From Eledone cirrhosa (Eukaryota), in assembly GCA_964016885.1 (NCBI GenBank), contig OZ024762.1, forward strand, positions 22,196,001 to 22,260,000: a stretch of 64,000 nt of DNA. Reading direction: 5' to 3'. Below the pieces are notes generated by a model, which made no database searches, was not told where the DNA came from, and was given only the letters and a program-made list of their open reading frames with translations. Shown here piece by piece: positions 50,853-63,935 of this stretch; positions within the stretch are counted from its first letter, which is position 1, and every line of letters starts with the position of its first letter. A program made the translations under genes and the position numbers.

Positions 50853-52112
50853 ATATTGCACATTTTACAACAGAGATTCTCAAAGTGGCTGTTATCGCCC
50901 GCCCCCCCTCGAGGTGGGGGTTGGGGTGGAATTGGGAATGTCTATGGGGGCGCTGGGGCCTATGGCGTAGTGGAGGCGGTAAAGATGATATAATGGTATA
51001 TTAAATATCAATATTATATATAAATATAGTAAAATAAAAAAAAATATTTATTTATACATAATATATATCATATTATTTATTATATATATAAATTAAAGAT
51101 TTTATTTATTATATATCATTTACAATTTTCGTGTAGGCAGGTTTCTCTAGAAATAGGAGCGGTGTCGTTGAGGGTACTACGTGGCTGTGAGGGGCAGTGG
51201 CCCGAAAAAAGTTTCAGAACCTCTGCTTTACACAATGCTTCGAGCAAACTACAACATTCTTGTATCGAATACAAGGCTTGCGATATTAGTCCCGGACCTC
51301 AGTATTCTGATTTCAAATACGGATTTTCTTTTCCTTTTCTCTTAAATAAAATAAAAAGCTCTTCTTCTCTTCTTAAATCATCCCTCCGTCGAAGGGGAAG
51401 CATTAATTTTGCTTTCTCTAATGGCTAGAATATATGTGGCTTGCCACATCGGCATGCTCATAGATATCTTTCGCTGGTGTTTCTTAGGCATTTTAAGCCA
51501 CATGTTGGAGTGTTGGAGTGAACTGGTCGAGTCGTTAGAACGTTGGATAAAACATTTTATGGTTTCGTTCCGGCTCTCTGATCCTTGAGTTCAAATCAAC
51601 TTCCTTTCTTTTTTTATTTTCATTTCTTTGTTTTTTATGAAATGGAACGAATTAGTGAGATATAAACGGTTGGCTGTTTACTCCAAGGACGAGATAGATA
51701 ATAGATAAGGTTTTCCTTATTAGAATTTCTATCCGTGGGACTAGGGTGAGGGCTAGAGTTGAGGAAAGTTTGGGATTGGGGTTGTTGGGCAGAAAAAGAG
51801 AAACATTCTAGCCTTCTGTTGTTTGGGGACACGGAAAATAGAAAATGGCCGCCGAAGAGGATGGGAGACAGTTGATGTGTGACGAATATGATTTGAAACG
51901 AACAGACCGTAATAATTACCACTAGAGCCTCTAATCGTAACAGACGAAACACACACACACACATACACACACACACAAGGGGGGAAATTATGAAGAGGTA
52001 GAGAGGGATATAGTGAGCAAGGAAGGAAGTATGTGTATATATATATATATAATCTTTACATATGTGTGTGTGTGTGTGCGCGCGCGCGTCTGTATGTGTG
52101 TGAAAGTGTTGC

Positions 52113-52147
<35 letters not shown>

Positions 52148-52150
<3 letters not shown>

Positions 52151-52385
52151 GAGGGTGGGCTGCAAACACCAAAAGGTAAAAATCAATGGCAAAATAGAAT
52201 ACTTTTTATAGGAATACTAATAGGTGTTAAGCCTAAGGGACACCAACTCTTTATTTCGATCATCCACTACAAAACATCTATCTATCTGGAATCTTCCACA
52301 ACCACGACTCTGGCTTCAGCTTTAATCACTGTCAAATATGGTGGTTTTGTGAACACTTTCTCAAACATTGAGCATCTGAACTTGT
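52148..52385 (-). mobile_element. Probable mariner-type DNA transposon end fragment
   Basis: Terminus TA-CGAGGGTGGGCTGCAAA within (TA)n resembles mariner TIRs. No intact ORF. Confidence 0.35.
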
Positions 52386-53918
52386 GGTTAGGCTATTGGA
52401 TTTAGATTATAAGATCGCGTGATAGTTTTCTGAACCGGGCAGCGTAATATGTTCTGTAAAGGCTTAGAGGTTAGAGTGTTAAACTCACGATCTTAAGGTC
52501 GTCGGCTTGATTTCTGGACTGAGTGTTTCATTGTGTTTTTGATCAAAATACTTTATTTCACGTTGATACTTTTGTCAGAAGTTGTGACCAACAGATAGTA
52601 TCAGTAATGGAAAGCTCAATGGAAACATTGTTTCCATGGTCTGATCTGGCGACCAGCTCCTTTCTTCTGTCAGAAGTTGTGAGCAACAGCAGGAACAACA
52701 ACAGCATCAACAACAGCAGTGCCAACGACAGCAACTACAGCCACAAGCGCAACAGCAAGAGCATTAATAGCAAAAAAAAGACACCACTCCCGCAAAAACA
52801 ACAGCAACAACAGCTGTAAAAACAACAACAACAATAGCAACAGCAACAAAAGAACAACAATAATAGCAAGATCAGCAAAAACAACAACAGCAACAGCAGC
52901 AAAAACAACAATAATAGCAACAATAACAACAATAACAAAAACAACAACAACAGCACCAGCAACAAAAACAACAACAATAGCAATAGCAGTAAAAACAACA
53001 ACAACAGCAGTAAAAACAACAACAAAAACAACAAAAACAACAACAATAGCAACAGCAGTAAAAACAACAACAACAGCAACAAAAACAACAACAATAGCAA
53101 CAGCAGTAAAAACAACGACAATAACAACATCAGCAAAAGCAACAACAACAATAGCAACACCAGCAAAAGCAAGAACAACAATAACAACAGCAGTAACAGC
53201 AACAACAACCACAACAACAGCGACATCCAAATATTTCTCTCACTGAGTCAATATTGAATAAAATAAAATAAATTTCGGTAAAATCATTTTTTTTAAAAAC
53301 TAATACAAAAAGTGAAAGAATACAAAATGGATTCCTCATTGAAATTTCGTAATGTTTTATTGTTTTACAGAATAACTTAAGGAATAAATACTGTTGCACA
53401 GTTGCCTCTGGCATCTTTATGGGCGCCATTTTGAAATTATTTATCGTTTTCCGATAAATAACTAAGTAAAGTATTTGTTACTAGTTGTAAATCAACGTTT
53501 GCTAATCAGCGGCGATCGATTTGTGTAATACACAGTTGTTGTTACTGTTGTTGATGATGGTGATGGTGATGGTTATGGTGTTGTTGTTGGTGGTGGTGGT
53601 GATGGTGATAGTGCTGATGTTGTTGTTGTTGTTGGTGGTGGTGATGCAGATGTAATTGTTACTGTTGATGATGTTGTTGGTGTTTGTGGTTGTTGTTGGT
53701 GCAGCTGTAGTCGTTTCTGTTCTTTCTGATGTTCGTGATGATGATGATGATGCTGTTGGTGATGATGTTGTTGTTTTTCTTCTTCGTGATGCTAATAATG
53801 TTATTGGTAGTGGTGATAATGACGGTAGTAGTAATGGTGATAGTAGTGGTAGTAGTAGTAGTAGTAGAGGTAGTAGTAGTAGTGTTGGTGTTAGCGTCTG
53901 TGGTAGTGGTGGTAATAA

Positions 53919-53950
<32 letters not shown>

Positions 53951-53992
53951 ATTCTAGTTGAAGCGGCTGCGATAGTGGTCCTTTTTTGTTGT

Positions 53993-54573
53993 CAGTATCG
54001 GTAGAGAGTCGGACACCATGCTTTGCAGCATAGAGTTGCGTTCCTTTACGGTCTGAGTTCAAATCCTGCCACGGTTAACTTTGCCTTTCATCCTTACTGG
54101 GTCGATATAATAAAGTACCAGTAATGCACTGGGATAATTGCTGGGCTTGTGCCAAAAGTAGAAACAATTATTATTTTTACTTGGAGGTGGATTGGCAGTA
54201 TCAGTAGAGGGTCGGACGCCATGCTTTGACGCAAAGAGTTACGTCTCTTTACGAGCTGAGTTCAAATCCCGCCGAGGTTAACTTTGCCTTTCATCCTTAC
54301 GGGGTCGATAAAATAAAGTACCAGTAATGCACTGGGATAATTGCTGGGCTTGTGCCAAAAGTAGAAACAATTATTATTTTTACTTGGAGGTGGATTGGCA
54401 GTATCAGTAGAGGGTCGGACGCCATGCTTTGACGCAAAGAGTTACGTCTCTTTACGAGCTGAGTTCAAATCCCGCCGAGGTTAACTTTGCCTTTCATCCT
54501 TACGGGGTCGATAAAATAAAGTACCAGTAATGCACTGAGATAATTGCTGGCCTTGTGTCAAAAGTAGAAACAA
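53993..54573 (+). mobile_element. Three tandem SINE family 1 copies (~53993-54167, 54183-54370, 54386-54573)
   Basis: Each is followed by ATTATTATTTTTACTTG. Copies 2 and 3 are almost identical (period 203 bp). Confidence 0.9.
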
Positions 54574-55734
54574 TTATTATTTTTACTTGTTTCAGTCAGT
54601 AGACTGTCTTCAAGCGGGAGCACTACCTTGATTTAGTTGATCACATCAAATCCAGTTCATATTTTTTTCAAATCTGGTTTTTATTTTATCAGTTTTGGTG
54701 GTGAGGATGTTAGTGGTGTTGTTGTTGGTGTTGGTGGTGTTTATTTACGGTGGTGTTGATGGTGGGGGTGATATTAGTGGTGTTGTTGTTGGTGTTGGTG
54801 GTGTTGATGGTTGTGATGACGGTGGAGGTGATATTAGTGGTGTTGGTGGTGTTTATTTACGGTGGTGTTGATGGTGGAGGTGATATTAGTGGTGTTGTTG
54901 GTGTTGGTGGTGTTGATGGTTGTGATGATGGTGGAGGTGATATTAGTGGTGGAGGTGATATTAGTGGTGTTGTTGTTGGTGTTGGTGGTGTTTATTTGCG
55001 GTGGTGTTGATGGTTGTGATGGTGGTGATGGTGATATTAGTGGTGGTGGTGTTGTTGGCGGTGTTTTGATGATATTGATGGTGTATTCATGGTTGCGACG
55101 ATGTTAGTGTGGAGGGGGGGGGGGGGGGTAACTGTTGTCATCGTGGTGTTTGTTCTTGGTGTGTTCGTGATGGCATCTGTATTGATGATGATGATGATGA
55201 TGATGGTGGTTGGTATTGAAATAGCAACGGCGGTGGCGACAGAAGATGGTGGTGTTTTTTGTATGTTATTTTTATAGCTGCGATATAGATGAGTGGTTTA
55301 GTTATGATGGCTGGGACGGTGGCGGTGGTGTCGTTGGTAGTGGTGGTGGTGGTGGTAGGGGGAGGGGGGTTTGTGGGGATTTGAGATCAGGGTGAGGACA
55401 GAGAACGCTTCTTCTTCTTTTTCTTCTCTTTTTTCTTCTTCTTTATTCTCAGTCAGGGTCTATAGTATTAGAGGCGGTAGTGGTGGTGTGGTGGGGTTAA
55501 GCTATGAGGTGGCGGTCCCTCGGGTACTAACTAATCAGTGAGGAAACAGTAATGAGAGATGGGAGTGAAGGGGATAGGATAGTGGTGGTGGTGGTGGTGG
55601 TGGGTAGGAGGAAGGTGTGGTAGAGGGGTGTAGGTGGTCAGGTTGGATGTCTTTGGAACGGAGATTGAAGAAAATGACAGAATTATCATAATTGCGTGTG
55701 AGCAATGGTGAGAAGGGAAGAACAAACCAAACAC

Positions 55735-55807
55735 GAACGTAGAAACACACACACACACACACACACGGACGTAGAAACACACACACACACGGACGTAGAA
55801 ACACACA

Positions 55808-55853
<46 letters not shown>

Positions 55854-55927
55854 CGTAGAAACACACACACACACACACGGACGTAGAAACACACACACAC
55901 ACACACGGACGTAGAAACACACACACA

Positions 55928-55998
<71 letters not shown>

Positions 55999-56478
55999 CC
56001 AACAACAACCAACAACCAACAACAACCAACAACAATAACAACAACACACAAAAACAATAACAAACAAACAAAAGAACAATGTTTGCTTTTGAGGTTGGTA
56101 ACATTGTAGGGTGTGGTGGGTGGTGGGGACTGATGTGGGGTGGGTGGGGATGGTGTGGGATGGTGTGGGGGGGACTGATGTGGGGGGTGAGGGTCTGGGT
56201 GGAGTGTGATGACTAGTAGTTATATAGGGGGGGGGGTGATGTTTGGTGACGATGACTTGGACGATGGTGATGTTGATGGTGATGGTGATGATGTCGATGA
56301 TGATGAAAGTGGACGTTGGTGATGATGGTGATGGTGATGGTGATGATGGTGATGATGATATTGATGGTGATGGTGATGATGATGGTGATGATGATGAAAA
56401 GGTGAAAAAAATAGGATTAATCAAAGAAAAGATTGGCAGAAAAAATATATTAAGAGGTTGGTTGGTGTGTGTATATAA

Positions 56479-56526
<48 letters not shown>

Positions 56527-56829
56527 GTGTGTGTATGTGTGTGTATGTGTGTATGTAGTGCGTGAGAGAGAGGAAGGAGTGTAGTGTGTAGGAGAGTAGT
56601 GTGTATATATGTGTGTGTGTGTGTGTGTATGTTTATATATATATAGAGAGAGAGAGGTGGGAGAAAGTGTGTATACATGTGTGTATATATGTATAATGAG
56701 AGAGAGAAGACTGGTGTGTATATATGTATATATAGAGAAGGGTGGTGTGTATATATGTATATATATATATAGAGAGAGAAGAGTGGTGTGTATATATATA
56801 TATAAAGAGAGAGAGAGAAGAGTGGTGTG

Positions 56830-56865
<36 letters not shown>

Positions 56866-57581
56866 AGAGTGGTGTGTATATATATATAGAGAGAGAGAGA
56901 AGAGTGGTGTGTATATATGTATATATATATAGAGAGAGAGAAGAGTGGTGTGTATATATATATAGAGAGAGAGAGAGAGAGAAGAGTGGTGTGTATATAT
57001 ATATATAAAGAGAGAGAAGAGTGGTGTGTATATATATATATATATATAAAGAGAGAGAAGAGTGGTGTGTATATATATATATATATAAAGAGAGAGAGAA
57101 GAGTGGTCTGTATATATATATAAAGAGAGAGAGAAGAGTGGTGTGTATATATGTATATATATATATATATAAAGAGAGAGAGAAGAGTGGTGTGTATGTA
57201 TGTATATATAGAGAAGGGTGGTATGTATATATGTATATATAGAGAAGAGTGGTGTGTATATATATATATAGAGAGAGAGAAGAGAGGTGTGTATATATGT
57301 ATATATATAATGAGAGAGAGAAGAGTGGTGTGTATATATGTATATATATGTATAATGAGAGAGAGAAGGGTGGTGTGTATATATGTATAGATAGAGAAGG
57401 GTGGTATGTATATATGTATATATAGAGAAGAGTGGTGTGTATATATATATAGAGAGAGAGAGAAGAGAGGTGTGTATATATGTATATATATATAGAGAGA
57501 GAGAGAGAATAGTGGTGTGTATATATAGAGAGAGAAGAGAGGTGTATATATGTATATATATAGAGAGAGAAGAGTGGTGTG

Positions 57582-57622
<41 letters not shown>

Positions 57623-57893
57623 GAGTGGTGTGTATATATATGTAGAGAGAGAGAAGAGTGGTGTGTATATATGTATATATATAGAGAGAGAGAAGAGTGG
57701 TGTGTATATATATATATATAGAGAGAGAGAAGGGTGGTGTGTATATATGTATATATAGAGAGAGAGACAAGAATGGTGTGTATATATATATAGAGAGAGA
57801 GAGAGTGCGTATATGAGAGACATAGGGCAAATGATGTGTATGCGTGTGTGTGTGTGTGTGTGTGGAGAGAGAGATGTGATGTGTGTGCGTGAG

Positions 57894-57925
<32 letters not shown>

Positions 57926-58015
57926 GAGAGAGAGTGATGTGATGTATGTGCGTGAGTATATATATATATATGTGTGTGTGTGTGTGGAGAGAGAGATGTG
58001 ATGTGTGTGCGTGAG

Positions 58016-58055
<40 letters not shown>

Positions 58056-58195
58056 GAGAGAGAGATGTGATGTGTGTGCGTGAGTATATATATACATATA
58101 TGTGTGTGTGTGTGTGTGGAGAGAGAGAGATGTGATGTGTGTGCGTGAGTATATATATACATATATGTGTGTGAGTGTGTGTGGAGAGAGGGAGG
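55735..58195. repeat. Microsatellite-derived minisatellites: GGACGTAGAA(AC)n, (AG)nAAGAGTGGTGTG(TA)n, and GAGATGTGATGTGTGTGCGTGAG units
   Basis: Directly visible. Confidence 0.9.
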
Positions 58196-58715
58196 GGGGA
58201 ATGGTTTAGAGAAGTAATCAACGATAGAAACAAACAAATGAATAAGTAATGGGACGAAAAAATACATCAAACAAACATTGGTTATAGTGATGGTGGGGGT
58301 GGGGGTGGAGTGGTGGGGGAGAGGTGGGGGGCGGGCCAAGATGGCGATGAAGAAGAACATGAAAAAAAGCTCATCATCATCATCATCATAAACGAATACA
58401 AGACGAAAAATCAAGTGTTCTTAGGTGTTTGTGTTGAATGACAAATGTTATATATGTGTGTATATATATATGTGTGTGTGTATATATATATAAATATGTG
58501 TGTATATATATATACATATATTTATATAGAGAGAGAGAGAGAGGGGAAGGGGAGAGTGAGAGGAATACACACACACATATATATATAATATATGTATATA
58601 TATATATATGTGTGTGTGTGTTTGTATATATATACATATATATATATATACAGTGAGAAAGGGGGGGGGATACACACGCACACATATGTAATATATATAT
58701 ATATATATATATATA

Positions 58716-58891
58716 TAGGAAAAGAGTCAGGACCCCGACGGCTGAGCTTCGGCCGTTTCGACAGCTGGATCCGAACAGTTCGGATCTAGCTGTCGAAACA
58801 GCCGGAGCTCAGCCGTCGGGGTCCTGACCCTTTTTCTATTACCCTATCGAGTACTCTGGTACACCTGGTTTCTTACCACACTTTTTTGTTA
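58716..58891. mobile_element. Family D variant with a ~60 bp fold-back centred at 58777
   Basis: GGATCCGAAC-A-GTTCGGATC centre with mirrored GACCCCGACGGCTGAGCT arms. Confidence 0.8.
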
Positions 58892-58924
58892 TATATACAT
58901 ATATATATATATGACAATATATAA

Positions 58925-59103
58925 ACAACCATCTGGTTGTGGAACCAACCAACCGGAAATTTATAAACTTATTCTAATAAATTGAAGTGAAAGCAACTGG
59001 TGCGTGTGTTTCTTATTGGCAACATGACCCTCCCAAAGTATAACAATATCGGTTTCAACACACGTTTTCAGATAAAGAATCTTGCTAAACAAATTCAGAA
59101 ACG

Positions 59104-59106
<3 letters not shown>
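58925..59106 (+). mobile_element. Family A Penelope-like pLTR end plus ORF start (MTLPKYNNIGFNTRFQIKNLAKQIQKR)
   Basis: Hairpin-GAAA, AATAAA, then an ATG-initiated frame also present at ~60868-60935 (MTLPKYNNICFDTRFHIKNLAKL). Truncated by (TA)n. Confidence 0.5.
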
Positions 59107-59139
<33 letters not shown>

Positions 59140-59315
59140 CTTCATAGAAGCCTTATTCTTATAGCCTGGTCTATTCGATTTTTTATATGGTTAATTATGG
59201 TAATTGGGAGAGGAAATGGTATATATTTTATCTGGTGATTCTATAGACATGTTTTATGATATATATATATATATGAAAACAAAACAAAGGTAGAAGGGTT
59301 ACCGTAGTGGAGATT

Positions 59316-59532
59316 TAATCCCAATATTTCGGGCTCACGCCCATCAACGGGGGAAAGTTCCAAAGGGGGGGGGGGGACAGGCTAAGCGGAGAAAGTTGTG
59401 TTGTCGTTAAAACAGGAATGCCGGCATTCCTGTTTTAACGACATCACAACTTTCTCCGCTTAGCCTGTTCCCCCCCGCCCCCCTTTGGAACTTTCCCCCG
59501 TTGATGGGCGTGAGCCCGAAATATTGGGATTA
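59316..59532. repeat. ~107 bp-arm loopless palindrome with a degenerate hammerhead-like motif
   Basis: Centre GGAATGCC|GGCATTCC (59422/59423). The arm contains TTCCC-CCGTTGA-T-GGGCgtgaGCCC-GAAA-TATT-GGGA. Confidence 0.85.
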
Positions 59533-59561
59533 TATATATATATACATATATATATATAACT

Positions 59562-59717
59562 ATCTAGGGCGGGTAAAATTCCCGAGATCCATGGACGAGT
59601 ACTCTCCAGCGGTCTCTGTCCCTCATTATTGCTGCCATGCCATGCCGTGCGTCTCCAACAGACCAGTGTCTGTCCTTAGGGCATCAACATATGTCAACCT
59701 CGGTCTTCCTCTTCTAG
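59562..59717 (-). mobile_element. RTE-clade LINE 3' fragment
   Basis: RRGRPRLTYVDALRTDTGLLET on the minus strand, homologous to 42284-42456. Confidence 0.75.
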
Positions 59718-60173
59718 TATGTCTTCCAAATTTCACTACCGCTTGGTTTTGCCCGTAAAATTTCTCCAGCGATTCTTCCTTGAGACATTCTAACCATATG
59801 TCCGTAATATCGGAGCTGTGATCTCTCATTTCGGGGAAGTAGCGGCTCTACCTGAAGCAACTTCGTTATTTTATTGAATTCCAAATGTTTGTTATTTTTA
59901 AAATCAACTGGAAATTAAAATAAATATATATATATACAGGTTGTCCTCCCCAAAATCTATACATATATTTATTAGAATGCTATTGAAGTGTGTATAATTT
60001 TTTGGTACACCCTGCATATATATATATATATATATGCAAAAGTTTTATTTAAAATTGTTGGGTTATAACGAGTAAATATTTTATAACTGATATAAAAGCA
60101 CTCAACAAGTTTTGAATGGAAGTTGTAATGTTTAAGGTATGTCAAATTTATTTATAAAACGGTTTATATATTG

Positions 60174-60239
60174 TATTTTGTCTGAGGAAGGCATACCATA
60201 TTTTTAATATGATATCCCTGAAATATATATAATGAAATA
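60174..60239 (+). ncRNA. Type I hammerhead ribozyme motif (family B)
   Basis: TATTTTGT-CTGAGGA-aggcataccatatt-ttt-aatatgatatccct-GAAA-tatata-TA-ATGAAATA. Stem I pairs using two G-U wobbles. Flanks are homologous to 41460-41590. Confidence 0.75.
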
Positions 60240-60481
60240 AATATGGTTTTATAAATATAGTTTCCATTTGTTTAATATCGTATATATATATATATATATA
60301 TATAAATATATATATGTGTGTGTGTGTATATATATATACACAAACATATGACGGACTTCTGCATTATACGTCTACCAAATTCCACTCACAAGACATTGTC
60401 CAAACTCGTATGCCGAATGTGCTGCACAGTGAGACTGAACCCAGAACCATCTTGTTGCAATGCGAATTCGTTAACCACAGA

Positions 60482-60548
<67 letters not shown>

Positions 60549-60556
<8 letters not shown>

Positions 60557-60932
60557 ATACTTGGGGAGGGTCATATTTGCGTAATATTGCCAGAATTAAT
60601 AACAGAACACACTCACTGTTTGGTTGGTTTTCGCTTCTCGCTGTCTTTTATATCTGCGATCTAACTTACTTGGTCCTCAATGTTGCCATTGACTGACCGA
60701 CGGTCAAAAATAATACAGATACAATATAGACATTTGACCGTCGGTCAGTCAATGGCAACATTGAGGACCGAGTAAGTTAGATCGCAGATATAAAAGACAG
60801 CGAGAAGCGAAAACCAACCAAACAGTGAGTGTGTTCTGTTATTAATTCTGGCAATATTACACAAATATGACCCTCCCCAAGTATAACAATATCTGTTTCG
60901 ACACACGATTTCATATAAAAAACCTCGCTAAA

Positions 60933-60935
<3 letters not shown>
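60549..60935. mobile_element. Family A-related fold-back element with ~160 bp inverted arms and a 24-nt loop
   Basis: Arms ~60549-60708 and 60733-60892. The right arm runs into MTLPKYNNI. Confidence 0.85.
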
Positions 60936-60974
<39 letters not shown>

Positions 60975-61135
60975 ACATTAACAGAGAAAGCCTTAAGCTA
61001 TACTCCGACTGGCTTCCATCTCACTCAACAAACATTAGGATATACCTTAGTATAATCCCAATTTTACGTTTGGGGTGCTAACTATATGTATTTTGCGGAA
61101 GGCCAGTAGTATTATTTTATATGAGACATAATTAA
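60975..61135. mobile_element. Family C TA-embedded repeat (second copy 63012-63173)
   Basis: Shared TACATTA..GAGAAAGC..ATACTCCG..CTCACTCAACAAACATTAGGA..GTGCTAACTA..ATATGAGACATA. Confidence 0.6.
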
Positions 61136-61274
61136 AATATATCTCCTTTTCCAAACAATTGTTTCATTATAAGTTTTCTACAAGTTGGGATATATATATA
61201 TATATTAACACTTCTCCAAATGTAATTGTACTTGCTGTACTCCAGCTAAAGTTCGATTTACAAATATTATATAT

Positions 61275-61622
61275 ACTAGCAGATGTACCCGGCGTTGCTC
61301 GGGAAATGAATGACAGCCTGAATTGTTCAAGGACGTTTATGGCTTAGCTACCAATTTCTGAGTGCATGTAGGCTTATGTCAGCTAATTGGCTAGCCAATG
61401 AGAGGTCGCCTCAATAGCACGCGCCAAATCGGCCTAGTACATCAAAAGTTAAAAGGACCCTAGCATTTGTACACAATCAGATACACACACAAAATCGATT
61501 TTTTTTTTCGGCCCCAATATCGATTATTTTCAAATTTGTTTTTGTCCAAAACCTGCTAGTACTTCAAAAGTTAAAAGGAGCCTAGTATTTGTACATAGAC
61601 AGACACACACAGACCGACTTGC

Positions 61623-61630
<8 letters not shown>
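61275..61630 (+). mobile_element. Probable non-autonomous Helitron/Helentron-type (HINE-like) element
   Basis: Starts ACTAGCAG..TACCCGGCGTTGCTCGGG (short hairpin), has an internal duplicated segment, and ends with ACAGAC repeats and CTTTATATA. This matches the general architecture from memory only. Confidence 0.45.
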
Positions 61631-61668
<38 letters not shown>

Positions 61669-61860
61669 GAGAGGTATAGAGATTGTTTTAGCAAGAAGCT
61701 AACGGCATTCTATAACATATATGCGACTATAACGTCAAGATGGGAAAAGTAGTTAACGAAAGATTTAGGAAAAATAACTCAAACTCATCTCAAAAGAGAA
61801 TCAGGATATAAATTCATCCACAGAATTTAGTAAAATCCAGGGAAAAATCTATATGTGTGA

Positions 61861-61905
<45 letters not shown>

Positions 61906-62003
61906 CGCTAAGAGAGAGTTTGTTTGTCTCATTTAATTGAGCTGTGAGTACACAGGTGAAACCTTAGATTAACAAAACTCATCACTAAGCCTTAAAAAAT
62001 AAT

Positions 62004-62035
<32 letters not shown>

Positions 62036-62214
62036 GTTTCGTGCACAGACACGCAGATATATTGCCCTCTGTATGACAGTGTGGTTTTAGCTCAATGTAG
62101 GATAACTGGTATACTACAGAGCCGTTATAAGTTTAGGAATAACCAAAGAGTGCTTAGAAATACATAGTTTTATTAGCTAACAGTGTTTCATCCATACCCT
62201 ATGGCCGGAATCAT

Positions 62215-62317
62215 CCTAGTTGTCGAAACGGCCAGAGCTCAGCCGTCGGGGTCCTGACTCTTTTCATATATATATATATCATATCATTTTATATATATAT
62301 ATATATATATATCATAT

Positions 62318-62363
<46 letters not shown>

Positions 62364-62366
62364 TAT

Positions 62367-62428
<62 letters not shown>

Positions 62429-62653
62429 ATAAAATATATATATATATATGAAAAGAGTCAGGACCCCGACGGCTGAGCTCTGGCCGTTTCGACAACTAGA
62501 TCCGAACTGTTCGGATCTAGCTGTCGAAATGGCCGGCGCTCAGCCGTTGGTGTCCTGACTCTTTTCATATTACCCACTCTACTGCCCTAAGTATTGAGTA
62601 CTCTGGTGCGGTATGGTCCACCTGGTATCTTAACACACCCTCTTTGTTCTCTG

Positions 62654-62655
<2 letters not shown>
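62215..62655. mobile_element. Family D variant: three alternating-orientation arms (two overlapping palindromes)
   Basis: Plus arm 62217-62266, minus arm 62449-62507, plus arm 62509-62655. Confidence 0.8.
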
Positions 62656-62707
<52 letters not shown>

Positions 62708-62733
62708 GTATATATAAATATATATATATATAT

Positions 62734-62926
62734 ATATTAAATAAATGGAAACTATATTTATAAAACCATATTTATTTCATTATATATAATGAAATAAATA
62801 TGGTTTTATAAATATAGTTTCCATTTATTTAATATTGTAAATATACTCCAAATATTTGTCGAGTGCTTTTATATCAGTTATAAATATTTACTAGTTGTAA
62901 CCCAACAATTTTAAATATAACTTTCC
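62734..62926. mobile_element. Family B fragment: perfect palindrome centred on TATATATA (62781-62788) plus tail
   Basis: AAATAAATGGAAACTATATTTATAAAACCATATTTATTTCAT-TATATATA-ATGAAATAAATATGGTTTTATAAATATAGTTTCCATTTATTT. Confidence 0.85.
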
Positions 62927-62938
62927 ATATATATATAT

Positions 62939-63016
<78 letters not shown>

Positions 63017-63171
63017 TATCGGAGAAAGCTTTTTAGCGATACTCCGGTCAAATTCCAACTCACTCAACAAACATTAGGAAATAAGTGAGTAGATTCCTAA
63101 TTATGCGTTCGGCGTGCTAACTAAATATATTGTGTGGAATATTGGCTGTATTATTTCATATGAGACATATC

Positions 63172-63236
<65 letters not shown>

Positions 63237-63290
63237 ACAATTGAACAGGAACAAAACAGAGAGGCAGTACGAACAAAGGTTTATTACTTT

Positions 63291-63333
<43 letters not shown>

Positions 63334-63458
63334 GATATGTCTCATATGAAATAATACAGCCAATTTTCCACAATTAGTCCAGAATTAGCCGTCGAAACGG
63401 CTTGAGCTCAGCCATCGGTGTCCTACTCGTTCCTATATATATATATATATATATATAA

Positions 63459-63532
<74 letters not shown>

Positions 63533-63605
63533 GGTGTTGGCTGCTTAAAGCGTCCGTATGCAGTAGGCCGTATGAGCACTCGATGTTCTCATAGAGCAGA
63601 GTATG

Positions 63606-63935
63606 ATATCACAGAAAGAAAAAAGAGAATCAGTGTTGCGACGAATGGAATTTATTGGACATATTACAATCGTTTCTCTGGCGACCAGCTCGAGGCACGA
63701 TCGATGTGATGATCGAACCTGACTCTGAAAATCGCAAGGTCCTCAGATACGTCTTGATTCTACGAAGCAGATTTTTTTTTTTTTCGTAGAATCAAGACGT
63801 ATCTGAGGACCTTGCGATTTTCAGAATCAGGTTCGATCATCACATCGATCGTGCCTCGAGCTGGTCGCCTGAGAAACGGGGATTCTCTTGCGCCAGAGAA
63901 ACGCAACACTGATTCTCTTTTTTTTTCTGTGATAT
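63606..63935. mobile_element. Fold-back element with a hammerhead motif in its arms
   Basis: Arms ~63671-63766 and 63783-63878, plus outer inverted ends (TATCACAGAAA..GAGAATCAGTGTTGCG). Confidence 0.8.
63658..63753 (-). ncRNA. Type I hammerhead motif with extended stem II
   Basis: Minus strand reads GACGTAT-CTGAGGA-(~63 nt, ccttgcga..tcgccaga)-GAAA-cgattg-TA-ATATGTC, then AATAAA. Stem I has 7 bp. The stem II closing pair is imperfect. Confidence 0.6.

Noticed and set aside
55531-58414. Long ORFs (900, 593 and 558 aa) and the many other YI/CV/HT/poly-T/poly-V ORFs across the window
   Set aside because: These are translations of di- and trinucleotide repeats that lack stops by composition, with no domain motifs.
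59935-60018. Tc1-like MITE (TACAGG..CACCCTGCA)
   Set aside because: The terminal repeats are short and imperfect, and there is only one copy in the window.
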